Positions 14,664-23,861 of a DNA stretch of 32,000 bases are shown here, in pieces. The notes beneath the pieces were generated by a model. The model saw only the letters and a program-made list of their open reading frames with translations. It had not been told where the DNA came from and made no database searches. Source of the stretch: Candidatus Nanosynbacter sp. BB002. Lineage in GTDB: Bacteria; Patescibacteriota; Saccharimonadia; Saccharimonadales; Saccharimonadaceae. Within the stretch, counting starts at the first letter, position 1. Every line of letters begins with the position of its first letter. The DNA is taken from contig NZ_CP146064.1 in the NCBI RefSeq assembly GCF_037013405.1, forward strand, positions 270,001 through 302,000, written 5' to 3'. The position numbers were made by a program, and so were the translations under genes.

Positions 14664-17165
14664 TTAGCCCTTACTCTGCCTCGTAACATACTTATGCCAT
14701 TCAGAGACGGCAATCGGGATGATGAATGATACCAGGCTGATGATGATCATGTCACTGAGGGCGACGTGTGCGATGTGGAGGATTCCACCAAGAGGCCCAA
14801 AGAAGACTAAAATTTGCAGGACGATAGATAAGCTTATGCCGGCATAGAAACTCTTGTTCATGACTTTTAGGTGCTTCAGGAGCGACTCGTCGTCGGAGCG
14901 AGCGTTGAACGCATTTGCCCACTGGCTGACTACCAGGGCGATGAAGGCCATGGTTTGGGCATATGCGTGTCCCTGCCGTTGTTCAAAGAAGATGTAAACC
15001 GCCAAGGCGATAGCTGACATGGTGCCGGCGACGATAACCATTCGCCAGACCATCATGTGGTTCAAAATTGGAGCATCTGGCTTTTCGGGCGGGCGGTTCA
15101 TCACCCCCTTCTCTGTTGGCTCCAAGCCAAGTGGGATAACCATTGAGGTGTCAGTGACCAGGTTGACCCACAGAATTTGCACCGGTTCCAGCGGGGTTTT
15201 GATGCCAATCAGCAGCGCGCCAATCATGGTGATCAGCTCGCCGGTGTTAGTCGACAGCAGATAAAACAACATACGGCGGACATTGGCGATGATAGTTCGC
15301 CCTTCGCGCATAGCGTCGATGATAGTCTTGAAATTATCGTCCAGCAAAATGATAGCTCCAGCGTCACGCGCAATGTGCGACCCCGAACCCATAGCCACGC
15401 CAATGTGAGCATTGCTGAGCGCTGGCACATCATTGACGCCGTCTCCTGTCATGGCGGTGATGTGATGCTTTTTGAGAATGGTCAGCAAGCGGTATTTTTG
15501 CTCGGGGATGACGCGAGAGAAGACTTTGGTTCGCTCGACGATTGGGTTGAGCTGCTCGTCTGTTAGCTTATTCATTTGGCGACAGTCAAATACCTCGTCG
15601 CGGTCCTTGACCATGCCTAGTTGATGTCCGATTTGGTAGGCTGTTTCAAAATGATCGCCGGTGATCATGCGTACGGACACGCCGGCTTTTAGAGCGGCAC
15701 GAATTGCTCGAGGTGCTTCTGGGCGCAGTACATCGTTGACTGCCACAAAGCCTTCAAAGGTTAATTTCTTACCTTTCAATTCGTAAAATTCATGAACTGG
15801 ATGTGCTGACGTGTAGGACGCCAGGCCGATGACTCGCTGTCCCTTGGCGGCAAATGCTTCCAGGGCTGCCAGAGCTTGTTTTTTGACAGCGGCGGTTACT
15901 TTGCAGGCTGCCAAAATCTGCTCAGGCGCGCCCTTGAGGTACAGCTGAAAATCCTTGCCATGATGCCACACCGCAGCAGACATACTGAAATCTTGGTTAA
16001 ATGGTAGTTCACGAAATGGCGAATTTTTGACTTGGACGCCGTGTGTGCGCACAAATTCTTCCAGCGCAATATCAAGCGGGTCGTGGCTTTTGGCGTCGCC
16101 ACGGTTGATGGTGCGGGCGATGATGTCGATGATGGCCGTGTCGTTAGGCGACCAGGTTTCTTGGACGGTCAATTTGTTTTTGGTCAGCGTGCCAGTTTTG
16201 TCTGTGGCGATGGTGGTGATGACGCCGATGGTTTCGATGGCTCGCATCTGATGTACCAAAGCTTTTTTGGCAGCCATGCGTCGCATACCCAGAACCAACA
16301 CAACAGATATGGCAATTGGTAGACTCTCGGGAACGGCGCTGACAGCCAGAGCCATGACAAAGCGCAGGCTCTCCAGAACGTCCATGCTGCGCAGCAGGCT
16401 GAGACCAAAAGCTACAACACTGACGGCAGCAACAACAGCGATGATTCTGGTGATCAAGATGTCGATCTTTTGCTGGACGGGACTTTGGGTATTTTGCCGT
16501 TTTGACAGCGTGGCAAGGTTGCCGAACTCGGTGTTATTACCAGTCGTAACCACGACGCCAGTGCCAGTGCCGCTGATGATGAACGAGCCTTGAAACAACA
16601 TGTTGGTTTGTTCATACAATTCTTTATGGCCCTCGAGTACGTCAGGTTTTTTGCTGATGGGCAATGATTCACCGGTCAATTGTGACTCATCAACTCGCAG
16701 ATTAGCCGTTCGGAGGAGTCTGATGTCTGCTGGGATTTTTTCGCCTTCAGCCAGGGTGATGATGTCGCCAGGTACCAGCTGCGAGGCGTCAACGCGAGCT
16801 GTGTGATTGCCGCGCAGTACGTCAACTTTTTGTACGCTGCGTTTGGATAGGCTGCGGAGAACCCGGTCAGTCGAAAATCGCTGGACGTAGAAAATGATTG
16901 CTGAGATGGCGATGATTACCAAAATGATGACCGCGTCAATGTTATCGCCGTGCCACAAACTGATGGCGGCTGCCACCCCTAGCACCAGCATGAAAATATC
17001 CAAAAACGGTTCTATAATCTTTTTCCAGAGCGGCTCGGATTCAATCTTGATAACGTTGATGCCGTACTGTTTTTGGCGGCGTTTAACTTCTCTGGCTGTT
17101 AGCCCATATTCATTTGTGCGTAATTTTTTCAGGGTTTCGTGAGCGGGCGTGGCGTAAAATGTCAT
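14664..17165 (-). CDS. P-type ATPase, P2 (Ca2+/cation pump)-like
   Basis: The N-terminus has a cation-ATPase segment (LTAREVKRRQKQYGINVI). Motifs seen are TGES (LTGESLPISK), DKTGTLTKNKLTV and TGDGVNDVPALSNAHIGVAMG, with about 10 hydrophobic segments. A TATAAT box lies 7 nt upstream of the ATG. Confidence 0.9.
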   Translation of the reverse strand: MTFYATPAHETLKKLRTNEYGLTAREVKRRQKQYGINVIKIESEPLWKKIIEPFLDIFMLVLGVAAAISLWHGDNIDAVIILVIIAISAIIFYVQRFSTDRVLRSLSKRSVQKVDVLRGNHTARVDASQLVPGDIITLAEGEKIPADIRLLRTANLRVDESQLTGESLPISKKPDVLEGHKELYEQTNMLFQGSFIISGTGTGVVVTTGNNTEFGNLATLSKRQNTQSPVQQKIDILITRIIAVVAAVSVVAFGLSLLRSMDVLESLRFVMALAVSAVPESLPIAISVVLVLGMRRMAAKKALVHQMRAIETIGVITTIATDKTGTLTKNKLTVQETWSPNDTAIIDIIARTINRGDAKSHDPLDIALEEFVRTHGVQVKNSPFRELPFNQDFSMSAAVWHHGKDFQLYLKGAPEQILAACKVTAAVKKQALAALEAFAAKGQRVIGLASYTSAHPVHEFYELKGKKLTFEGFVAVNDVLRPEAPRAIRAALKAGVSVRMITGDHFETAYQIGHQLGMVKDRDEVFDCRQMNKLTDEQLNPIVERTKVFSRVIPEQKYRLLTILKKHHITAMTGDGVNDVPALSNAHIGVAMGSGSHIARDAGAIILLDDNFKTIIDAMREGRTIIANVRRMLFYLLSTNTGELITMIGALLIGIKTPLEPVQILWVNLVTDTSMVIPLGLEPTEKGVMNRPPEKPDAPILNHMMVWRMVIVAGTMSAIALAVYIFFEQRQGHAYAQTMAFIALVVSQWANAFNARSDDESLLKHLKVMNKSFYAGISLSIVLQILVFFGPLGGILHIAHVALSDMIIISLVSFIIPIAVSEWHKYVTRQSKG

Positions 17166-17215
17166 GCTTCGTATTATAAAGCAAAAAGCATAAGCGGTCT
17201 ATTCGCACTCTTTGG

Positions 17216-18259
17216 CTACTGCACGTATTTTTTGGCGCGAGCTTTGTCGACTTGGACTGTTTCAAAGACGGTTTTGGCCATTTGGTCAAAGGCATTCTTG
17301 CCTTCAGCGTTGTAGCGGCCAGTCCCTTGTAGTATCACGCCGTCCTTTTCAAAATAGTAAAAGAAGGTGACGTAGCTTGTCGGGTCACTTTGTGGCGCTG
17401 TGTGTTGTACTTCTTTGGAATTATACTTGGTAATTTGGTCGTATTTGTGGGTGCCAGCCTTTACATAATAATCATCTGCAGTCGCCTGCTCTAGTGTTTT
17501 AGAGGTGGAAACAGGACGAACTGTGAGGCTGATTTGGACATTATTTCTGGTGCCAACAAAAGTGATTTTGTCATCAGCACTGGACCGTTGCGTGATGCTA
17601 AAGCCGTCGATTTCATTAGCGAACTTGTTTACCTTCACGATTTCTCGGTCATCTGAAGTGTATTCTTGGTCGGGCGCTTGGTAATTACTGTCGTACCTGA
17701 CAGACTTGACCAATGACTGGATACTGGATGACTCGAACAAGGTTTTACTGCCTGAAGCATTGCTGATATTTTCAATGTCTAGGTGGAGTTCGTACCATTC
17801 TTGGTCACGCTGAACCAGTGGTATTTTGACGATGTAGTGATATGAATTGTCATCATAGGCATAGCCTCCCAGTGCGCCAGTGGCTTTGTCAGCTTTGAGC
17901 TCGGTGAAGTTGCCTCGTTTTTTGGCAGCCTCGAGGTCGTTGGCACGGCTGGCTTTCCCGACCTGCGCGATTTTGGCGGTGATGGTGTATGTTTCGCCCT
18001 TGTCTTTGATGGTCATGGTTGGAAAGCGCGGACGCTCTTCGCTTTTGATCTCGTACGAATACTGGTCTTTCGGCAGCAACATAGTAGCAGCGATATTGTA
18101 GCCATCAGAGGCGAAATGAACTGTGTTGGCAGCCAGACGCTGATTGATCTGCTCTTTTTGATGGTGATTATAAAATATGATCCCTAGGATACTGACTGCA
18201 ATGACAAATAAGCCAATGAAAACGCCAATAAAGATCTGTTGTTTTTGTCTTCTACGCAT
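17216..18259 (-). CDS. N-terminally membrane-anchored hypothetical protein (347 aa)
   Basis: The N-terminus MRRRQKQQIFIGVFIGLFVIAVSILGIIFY is a signal-anchor. The remainder is hydrophilic with no motif I recognise. Confidence 0.7.
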   Translation of the reverse strand: MRRRQKQQIFIGVFIGLFVIAVSILGIIFYNHHQKEQINQRLAANTVHFASDGYNIAATMLLPKDQYSYEIKSEERPRFPTMTIKDKGETYTITAKIAQVGKASRANDLEAAKKRGNFTELKADKATGALGGYAYDDNSYHYIVKIPLVQRDQEWYELHLDIENISNASGSKTLFESSSIQSLVKSVRYDSNYQAPDQEYTSDDREIVKVNKFANEIDGFSITQRSSADDKITFVGTRNNVQISLTVRPVSTSKTLEQATADDYYVKAGTHKYDQITKYNSKEVQHTAPQSDPTSYVTFFYYFEKDGVILQGTGRYNAEGKNAFDQMAKTVFETVQVDKARAKKYVQ

Positions 18260-18266
18260 AAGCGGT

Positions 18267-18295
18267 ATTATATTTTGTTTATGCTAAATTGTCAA
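18267..18295 (-). promoter_or_regulatory. Perfect consensus promoter of the 347-aa gene
   Basis: On the minus strand: TTGACA (18295..18290), a 17-nt spacer, then TATAAT (18272..18267), followed by 7 nt and the ATG at 18259. Confidence 0.65.
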
Positions 18296-18355
18296 TCGCA
18301 CCAAAAGAGCTTCCGCCATGATGACGGAAGCTGAAGGGGGTGTGGTGGTTCGTAG

Positions 18356-18823
18356 TTATCGGATGGCGACCAGCTGGGCGTGCTGCAATTTGACGCCAGC
18401 GCACCAGGAAACGGTGTCTTTGGGGCGCTTGTCTAGTAGACTGCGACCCAACGGGCTGTCGATGGAGATGCGTCCGTCTGTCGGATTGGCTTCCAGACTG
18501 TCAACCAGTATGTAGTGAAGCATGCGACCTTGCTGATCGACTAAGTCAACGATTGAGCCCAGAGCGACGCGTAAGCGGTCGCGTTTGCGTGGTAGCGGTT
18601 TGGCATTCTTTAGCATGTGGCGTAAATTGGCCAATTTACCACTGACCAGTTCCAGGTTCATGATGACCTCATTGCGCTGCAATTTATCGTCGCGGGATTT
18701 AGCACGACCGATTTCACGCAAGGTGAACTGGAGCGTTTTTTCTTGTGCTTCTAACTGAGAAATTTCTTTGTGTAATTCTTTAAAGCCTTTTTGACTGAGA
18801 TGCGTCGTTCGTACATTACTCAT
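18356..18823 (-). CDS. greA: GreA/GreB-family transcript cleavage factor-like protein
   Basis: The N-terminus looks like a coiled coil (LSQKGFKELHKEISQLEAQEK). The C-terminal domain matches the Gre pattern VALGSIVDLVD...YILVDSLEANPTDGRISIDSPLGRSLLDKRPKDTV. An SD-like GGGAAAGGGG lies upstream. Confidence 0.75.
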   Translation of the reverse strand: MSNVRTTHLSQKGFKELHKEISQLEAQEKTLQFTLREIGRAKSRDDKLQRNEVIMNLELVSGKLANLRHMLKNAKPLPRKRDRLRVALGSIVDLVDQQGRMLHYILVDSLEANPTDGRISIDSPLGRSLLDKRPKDTVSWCAGVKLQHAQLVAIR

Positions 18824-18897
18824 AGTACCCCTTTCCCGGTTGCTTACCCAACCGACACTATCTAGTACACCATGTCTACCTGAAAAATACCTGAAAT

Positions 18898-19863
18898 TTA
18901 GCGTTTTGGCAGCGAAAGTGTAAATGTTGTGACTTTTCCAGGGGTGGATCGTGCAGAAATATGCCCGCCCAAAGCACGCGTTAGTTGATGCGCTAGGCTG
19001 AGCCCCAGCCCGTAACTATTGGCGTGTTGCTGGCCGCTGTAAAATCGTTCAAATATGTGCGGCAGATCTTTGGCGTTGATACCTGGGCCATGGTTGGTGA
19101 CAGTGATGACGACAGTCGTTTTGAAGGGTTTGATGGTGAGGCTAATGGGTGAAGTGTCGGGGCTGTGCTTGACGGCATTATCCAAAAGCACTGCAATCAC
19201 TTCTCGCACTGCTGGTCGGTTCATGGTGACCGCCAAGTCATCGGGGGCGTGCAGCGTCACCCGCTCCTTGCCTGGCCTGGAACTGATCAGATTGTTGGTT
19301 AACTCTACCAGGTCAAATTTTTCGATGTTGGACGAGAGCTGTCGTTCGCTGTGGGATAATTCTAAAAGCATGGTGGCAAGCTCGTTCAAGCGATTGATCT
19401 CCTCAAGATTGCTTGTCAGTGTTTGCCGCAGCTCTGATTTGGGCGTTTTGGGATTGTGCAATGCCAGCTCGGCCTCGGCTTTCATGATGGCCAGTGGTGT
19501 GCGTAGCTGATGACTGGCGTTAGCGACAAAGCGTGATTGGGCTTGGTGTGCGGCTTCAATTGGCTCTAAGGTGCGCTGCGCCAGAAGATAAGCGATAACC
19601 CCACCGCCGAGTAGTACCACCAGGTTGAGATACGCCAAGCTGATGATGAGATTGGTGTCGGTGGCCTCCATCTGCTCGCTCAGTGGTTTGTCCAGTGAGT
19701 TGCCGCTGACTAGTCCACGCTTGACGGCGAAACCTTGCAGTCGAGCGTCAATTTCCGAGCGCGCAATGTTAAAGATGATGCCGCTAAACAGTAGACTGAC
19801 CATCATCAATATCAACAGATACCAGCTTGCTAGTTTGATGGTGGCGGAGGTGAATAGTTTCAC
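18898..19863 (-). CDS. Sensor histidine kinase with two transmembrane segments and a short external loop
   Basis: The H-box is FVANASHQLRTPL. The HATPase N and G boxes are LLDNAVKH and NHGPGI...GLGLSLA. The GTG start overlaps the response-regulator stop codon as GTGA. Confidence 0.85.
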   Translation of the reverse strand: MKLFTSATIKLASWYLLILMMVSLLFSGIIFNIARSEIDARLQGFAVKRGLVSGNSLDKPLSEQMEATDTNLIISLAYLNLVVLLGGGVIAYLLAQRTLEPIEAAHQAQSRFVANASHQLRTPLAIMKAEAELALHNPKTPKSELRQTLTSNLEEINRLNELATMLLELSHSERQLSSNIEKFDLVELTNNLISSRPGKERVTLHAPDDLAVTMNRPAVREVIAVLLDNAVKHSPDTSPISLTIKPFKTTVVITVTNHGPGINAKDLPHIFERFYSGQQHANSYGLGLSLAHQLTRALGGHISARSTPGKVTTFTLSLPKR

Positions 19864-20534
19864 GCGCCTGCCTCCACTTTATAGCCAAAGCCACGCACGG
19901 TGTGGATCAGTGGACGGCGAAACGGCTTGTCGATTTTCTTGCGCAGTTGCTTGATGTAAGCTTCGACGTTGTTCGGCAAAATATCAGCATCAAAATCCCA
20001 CACATGGGCGATCAGCGTTTCTTTACTCAAGGTTTGACCAGGATGGCGCATCAGGTATTCCAACAGCGCGAACTCTTTGGCAGTCAGCTCAATGGTTTTA
20101 CCACTGCGTTTGACAGTGCGCTGGGTCTGGTTGAGTGTCAGATCGGCAACGGTCAATTCGTCATCATGTGCCAAAGGCGGCCGCCTCAGGAGTGCCCTGA
20201 CGCGGGCAGTCAGCTCATCGATGGCGAATGGCTTGACCAGATAGTCATCAGCGCCGACGTCCAGACCAAAAGCTTTGTCTTCGGTTGTGCCAAGTGCCGT
20301 CAGTAGCAAAATAGGCATTGTTTTGTTGGCTTGGCGCAGTGAGGTGATGATATCGGTGCCGCTTTTGCCTGGTAGCATGCGGTCCAGTACTAATAGGTCA
20401 TATGGCTCAGTTTCTGCCATAGCCAATCCCTCTTCTCCGTCATGAACCATGTCGACGGCGTGACCTTCTGACCGCAGCGCGGCGGCGATAACTCGGGCGA
20501 TTTTTCTTTCGTCTTCGACGACCAATAGTCTCAT
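19860..20534 (-). CDS. OmpR-family response regulator
   Basis: I chose the start MRLLVVEDERKIA, which has TATAAT 6 nt upstream. The receiver Asp is in LLVLDRMLPG. The C-terminus is a winged helix (LTAKEFALLEYLMRHPGQ...HTVRGFGY). Confidence 0.9.
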   Translation of the reverse strand: MRLLVVEDERKIARVIAAALRSEGHAVDMVHDGEEGLAMAETEPYDLLVLDRMLPGKSGTDIITSLRQANKTMPILLLTALGTTEDKAFGLDVGADDYLVKPFAIDELTARVRALLRRPPLAHDDELTVADLTLNQTQRTVKRSGKTIELTAKEFALLEYLMRHPGQTLSKETLIAHVWDFDADILPNNVEAYIKQLRKKIDKPFRRPLIHTVRGFGYKVEAGA

Positions 20535-20608
20535 ATGCCCATTATACCCTGGTTTTCTGAAAAAACCCTGAATGCTATAATTGATGGTGACAATAACCAA
20601 GGAGGTGT

Positions 20609-21361
20609 ATGGGTAAAGAGGTAAATCCCATTATTCAAATTAAAAATTTTAGTATGAAGTTTGGCACCAAAACGGTCATCAAAGATTTGAGCTTTGAGGT
20701 GATGCGCGGCGAAGTGTTCGGATTTTTGGGTAGCAATGGTTCAGGAAAAACCACCACACTCAGGGCGCTGTTGGGGCTATACGAGCCAACGGCTGGTGAG
20801 CTGCTAGTTGATGGCAAACCGTATGCAGTTGAAGATGGCGTCAAGCTAGGCTATCTCCCGGAAGAGCGCGGTTTGTACAAAAAAGAAAAAGTCATTGACA
20901 CGATGATTTACTTTGGTCGCTTGAAAGGTCTGAGCCAGGAAGAGGCTCGCGATTTTTCAATCAAGTATTTGGAGCGAGTTGGCTTGAGTGATAAGGCAAA
21001 AACTCGACTGGACAAATTATCAGGTGGTCAGCAACAAAAAATTCAGCTGGGCGTTACTATCATGGGTGACCCAGAGCTACTCATTTTAGACGAGCCAACC
21101 AAGGGTTTTGACCCAGTCAATCGCCGACTACTGATGAACATCATTGAAGAGCGACAAAAGGCTGGCGCCACCGTGGTGTTCGTGACGCACCAGATGGAAG
21201 AAGTCGAGCGTTTGTGCGACCGAGTAGTTCTCCTAAAAGACGGCAAAGCAGTAGAATACGGCACCGTGGCGGATATCAGAAAGAAATATGGCGGTAAGAG
21301 CCTGGATGATATTTTTGTGAAGATTTACGGCGGCGAGGAAAAGGAGGCGGTCAATGCGTAA
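20609..21361 (+). CDS. ABC transporter ATP-binding protein
   Basis: Motifs seen are Walker A GSNGSGKTT, the signature LSGGQQQK and Walker B LLILDEP. A canonical SD (AAGGAGGTG) lies upstream of the ATG. Confidence 0.9.
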   Translation: MGKEVNPIIQIKNFSMKFGTKTVIKDLSFEVMRGEVFGFLGSNGSGKTTTLRALLGLYEPTAGELLVDGKPYAVEDGVKLGYLPEERGLYKKEKVIDTMIYFGRLKGLSQEEARDFSIKYLERVGLSDKAKTRLDKLSGGQQQKIQLGVTIMGDPELLILDEPTKGFDPVNRRLLMNIIEERQKAGATVVFVTHQMEEVERLCDRVVLLKDGKAVEYGTVADIRKKYGGKSLDDIFVKIYGGEEKEAVNA

Positions 21362-22589
21362 CATGTACAATTTGGGAACGGTGGTTAAATTTGAGATCAT
21401 GCGCATGCTGAAGAAATTCAGCTTTTGGGCGATGGCGCTCGGCTTCCCGCTGATGTTTGCTGCTATTTTCGGCATCGTCTTTTGGTCAAATCAAGCCACT
21501 ATGGAAGCTACCAAAAAGCTTCAAGAACAAGATTTCAAAGTAGCTATCGTTGACAACTCAGGCGTTGTTAACTCACAATTGGCTGAGCAGATGAAGCTGG
21601 AAAAATTAAGTAGCAAAGACCAGGGTATTCAGCGCGTCAAAGACGGTAGTCTGGATGGATTTATCTACTTCCCTGCTAACTTGGAACAGAATACCGTACA
21701 GACCTATGGTAAAGATGTTGGTATGTTCCAAAATAGTCGTTATTCTGCGGTGGCTGAGACGTTGTTGACGGCTTCGATTGAGGGGAAAATAGATCCACAG
21801 TCCAAAGCGATCTTGCAAAAGAAAGTGAAAACGGAAACGACTACCTACCGTAACGGTGTTGAATTTGACGGCGTGAAGGAAATGATCGTACCGGGCTTTT
21901 TCTTGGTGCTGTTCTATATGCTAATTGCCTTCTTTGGTGGGCAGATGCTCAACAGCACGGTTGAGGAAAAAGAAAACCGTACAGTGGAAATGCTACTGAC
22001 GACAGTCAAGGCTAAGACGTTGATCACCGGAAAGATTTTGGCGATGATTTCACTGGCGCTGATTCAGGGGCTGGTCATCATTGTACCGGTATTGGTGCTG
22101 TACTTCACCTTAGGTCAAAAGCTGCATATACCATCGTTAGATTTGAGCAATTTGGTATTCGACCCAGTGAGAATTGGCATCGCTCTGGGGGTATTTGCCA
22201 CAGGATTTATGATGTTTACCGGTCTGTTAGTTGCGGTTGGTGCCATGATGCCAACCGCCAAAGAAGCATCCTCCTGGTTTACTATTGTCATCCTTGCTCT
22301 ATTTGCTCCACTGTATGGTGCTAGTGCATTTGTATCATATCCAGATTCACCATTTGTGCAGTTTTTCAGCTATTTCCCATTGACTGCACCAATTCCACTA
22401 CTGCTCCGCAATGCCGTCGGTAACTTGCCAGTTCACGAGGCGGTTATCGCCGTGGCTATTTTGGCAGCCAGTGCCTTTGTGGCGGTTGTGGTGGCGGTCA
22501 AACTGTTTCGCTACGGTGCCATGCAGTATGACAGCAAATTGTCGTTGTCAGTCTTGCGGGCTCGACGTGACGAAGCGGCGAAAAATTAA
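21354..22589 (+). CDS. ABC-2 type transporter permease (NatB-like topology)
   Basis: The protein has an N-terminal transmembrane segment, a large hydrophilic loop and then five or more hydrophobic segments. It overlaps the ATPase stop codon. An alternative start is the ATG at 21363. Confidence 0.8.
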   Translation: MRNMYNLGTVVKFEIMRMLKKFSFWAMALGFPLMFAAIFGIVFWSNQATMEATKKLQEQDFKVAIVDNSGVVNSQLAEQMKLEKLSSKDQGIQRVKDGSLDGFIYFPANLEQNTVQTYGKDVGMFQNSRYSAVAETLLTASIEGKIDPQSKAILQKKVKTETTTYRNGVEFDGVKEMIVPGFFLVLFYMLIAFFGGQMLNSTVEEKENRTVEMLLTTVKAKTLITGKILAMISLALIQGLVIIVPVLVLYFTLGQKLHIPSLDLSNLVFDPVRIGIALGVFATGFMMFTGLLVAVGAMMPTAKEASSWFTIVILALFAPLYGASAFVSYPDSPFVQFFSYFPLTAPIPLLLRNAVGNLPVHEAVIAVAILAASAFVAVVVAVKLFRYGAMQYDSKLSLSVLRARRDEAAKN

Positions 22590-22612
22590 CCGTCAAATAT
22601 TCAGTTACAATG

Positions 22613-22643
22613 CGAGGCGTTCAGTGGTTGGGCGCCTCGTTTT
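22613..22643 (+). terminator. Rho-independent terminator of the ABC operon
   Basis: A 7-bp stem CGAGGCG ... CGCCTCG (22613-22639) is followed by TTTT. Confidence 0.7.
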
Positions 22644-22681
22644 GCTTGCGCTACTCGGTATAAGATTGTACAATGTTACCT

Positions 22682-23815
22682 ATGAAAGTACGTATTGAAA
22701 TAGACACAAAAACATTTGTGCGGTTCTGGCTGGTGGTGATTGGTTTTGGACTGGCAGGAGTAGCAATTTATTCGGCAAAGAGTGCGCTGATTCTCCTTGG
22801 TATTTCCCTGTTCTTGGCTCTGGCTTTGAACCGACCCGTTTCGGCTCTGGCGAAGCTGCTGCCTGGTAAAAGCCGTCTGGGCGGTACGGCGTTAGCCTAT
22901 GTCATGTTGGTGACGCTACTGGGCTGTGTGGCGTGGTTTGCAGTGCCGCCAATTGTCCAGCAGTCCGCCAAGTTTGTTGAGAGCGTGCCGGGCTTGGTTG
23001 ATCAAGCCGGTTCGCAGTGGCACGGCATCAACGAGCTAATCGATAAAAATGGCTGGCGTCCGCAAGTTGACGCGACATTGAACAACTTGAAGCAACAAGC
23101 TTCCTCATGGGCAGCCAGCGCGGGTACGAACTTGATCTCAAGCGTAGGTTCGCTGGCGTCATTCCTTGGTTCCCTGTTCTTGGTATTGGTTTTGTCGTTT
23201 TTGATGCTGCTGGAAGGCCCAACCTGGATGAAGCGCTTGTGGGGACTCTACAACGACCAAAGCAAGATGGAAAATCACAAAAAGCTAGCTGGACAGATGT
23301 ACAATGTGGTCACAGGCTATGTGTCTGGACAATTGACGGTGTCGGGTATTGACGCTGTATTGTCTGGTGTGGTGGTGTTCTGTTTGAGTCTGGCGTTCCC
23401 AGCTATTGACTCAAACCTGGCAATGTTGACTGTCATGGTCACCTTCATTTTGACGCTTATCCCAATGTTTGGCGCCACTCTGGCTGGTCTACTGATTGCG
23501 CTATTATTATTCTTCAATAACGTCACTGCTGGCATCATCTATGCTGCTTACTTCATCATCTACCAGCAGATTGAAAATAATTTCATTGCACCATCAATTC
23601 AGTCAAAGAAGCTAGAGCTGTCAGCACTGATGGTGCTATCATCAGTGACTATTGGTCTCTATGTCGGTGGGCTATTGGGAAGTTTGATCGCCATCCCAGC
23701 GGCCGGTGTGGTCAAGGTCTTGTTGGAAAACTACTTGGAACAAGCCAAGAAAAATCGTCTTGAAAGCGCGAAGCCGCTCAACAAGTTAGTAAAGAAGATG
23801 AAAAACGAAGACTAA
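22682..23815 (+). CDS. AI-2E family transporter (PerM/UPF0118-like permease)
   Basis: The protein is a multi-span membrane protein with the family-typical C-terminal segment IENNFIAPSIQSKKLELSALMVL. I chose the ATG at 22682, which is 7 nt after TACAAT. Confidence 0.8.
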   Translation: MKVRIEIDTKTFVRFWLVVIGFGLAGVAIYSAKSALILLGISLFLALALNRPVSALAKLLPGKSRLGGTALAYVMLVTLLGCVAWFAVPPIVQQSAKFVESVPGLVDQAGSQWHGINELIDKNGWRPQVDATLNNLKQQASSWAASAGTNLISSVGSLASFLGSLFLVLVLSFLMLLEGPTWMKRLWGLYNDQSKMENHKKLAGQMYNVVTGYVSGQLTVSGIDAVLSGVVVFCLSLAFPAIDSNLAMLTVMVTFILTLIPMFGATLAGLLIALLLFFNNVTAGIIYAAYFIIYQQIENNFIAPSIQSKKLELSALMVLSSVTIGLYVGGLLGSLIAIPAAGVVKVLLENYLEQAKKNRLESAKPLNKLVKKMKNED

Positions 23816-23833
23816 TCAAGCTGCGCCATGAGC

Positions 23834-23861
23834 TAGCCCGCTCGGTTGCTCCGGCGGGCTA
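23834..23861. terminator. Hairpin between convergent genes; a weak terminator candidate
   Basis: An 8-bp stem TAGCCCGC ... GCGGGCTA has inner CGG/CCG pairs and is followed by TTTCC on the plus strand. It overlaps the cysS stop codon. Confidence 0.4.

Noticed and set aside
9975-14700. Integrase, transposase or att direct repeats bounding the AT-rich island
   Set aside because: Only two ORFs are present and neither has recombinase motifs. I found no repeat of the tRNA-Gln 3' end by eye at the distal boundary. I therefore make no mobile_element call.
9301-17201. 9-mer GCGGTCTAT occurring three times (about 9303-9311 on the minus strand, 13789-13797, 17187-17195)
   Set aside because: The motif is too short to be significant in 32 kb, and its position relative to promoters and genes is inconsistent.
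9999-22635. Shared 12-mer AGTGGTTGGGCG after tRNA-Gln and in the ABC-operon terminator loop
   Set aside because: Tens of 12-mer coincidences are expected by chance in a window of this size. There is no extended similarity around it.
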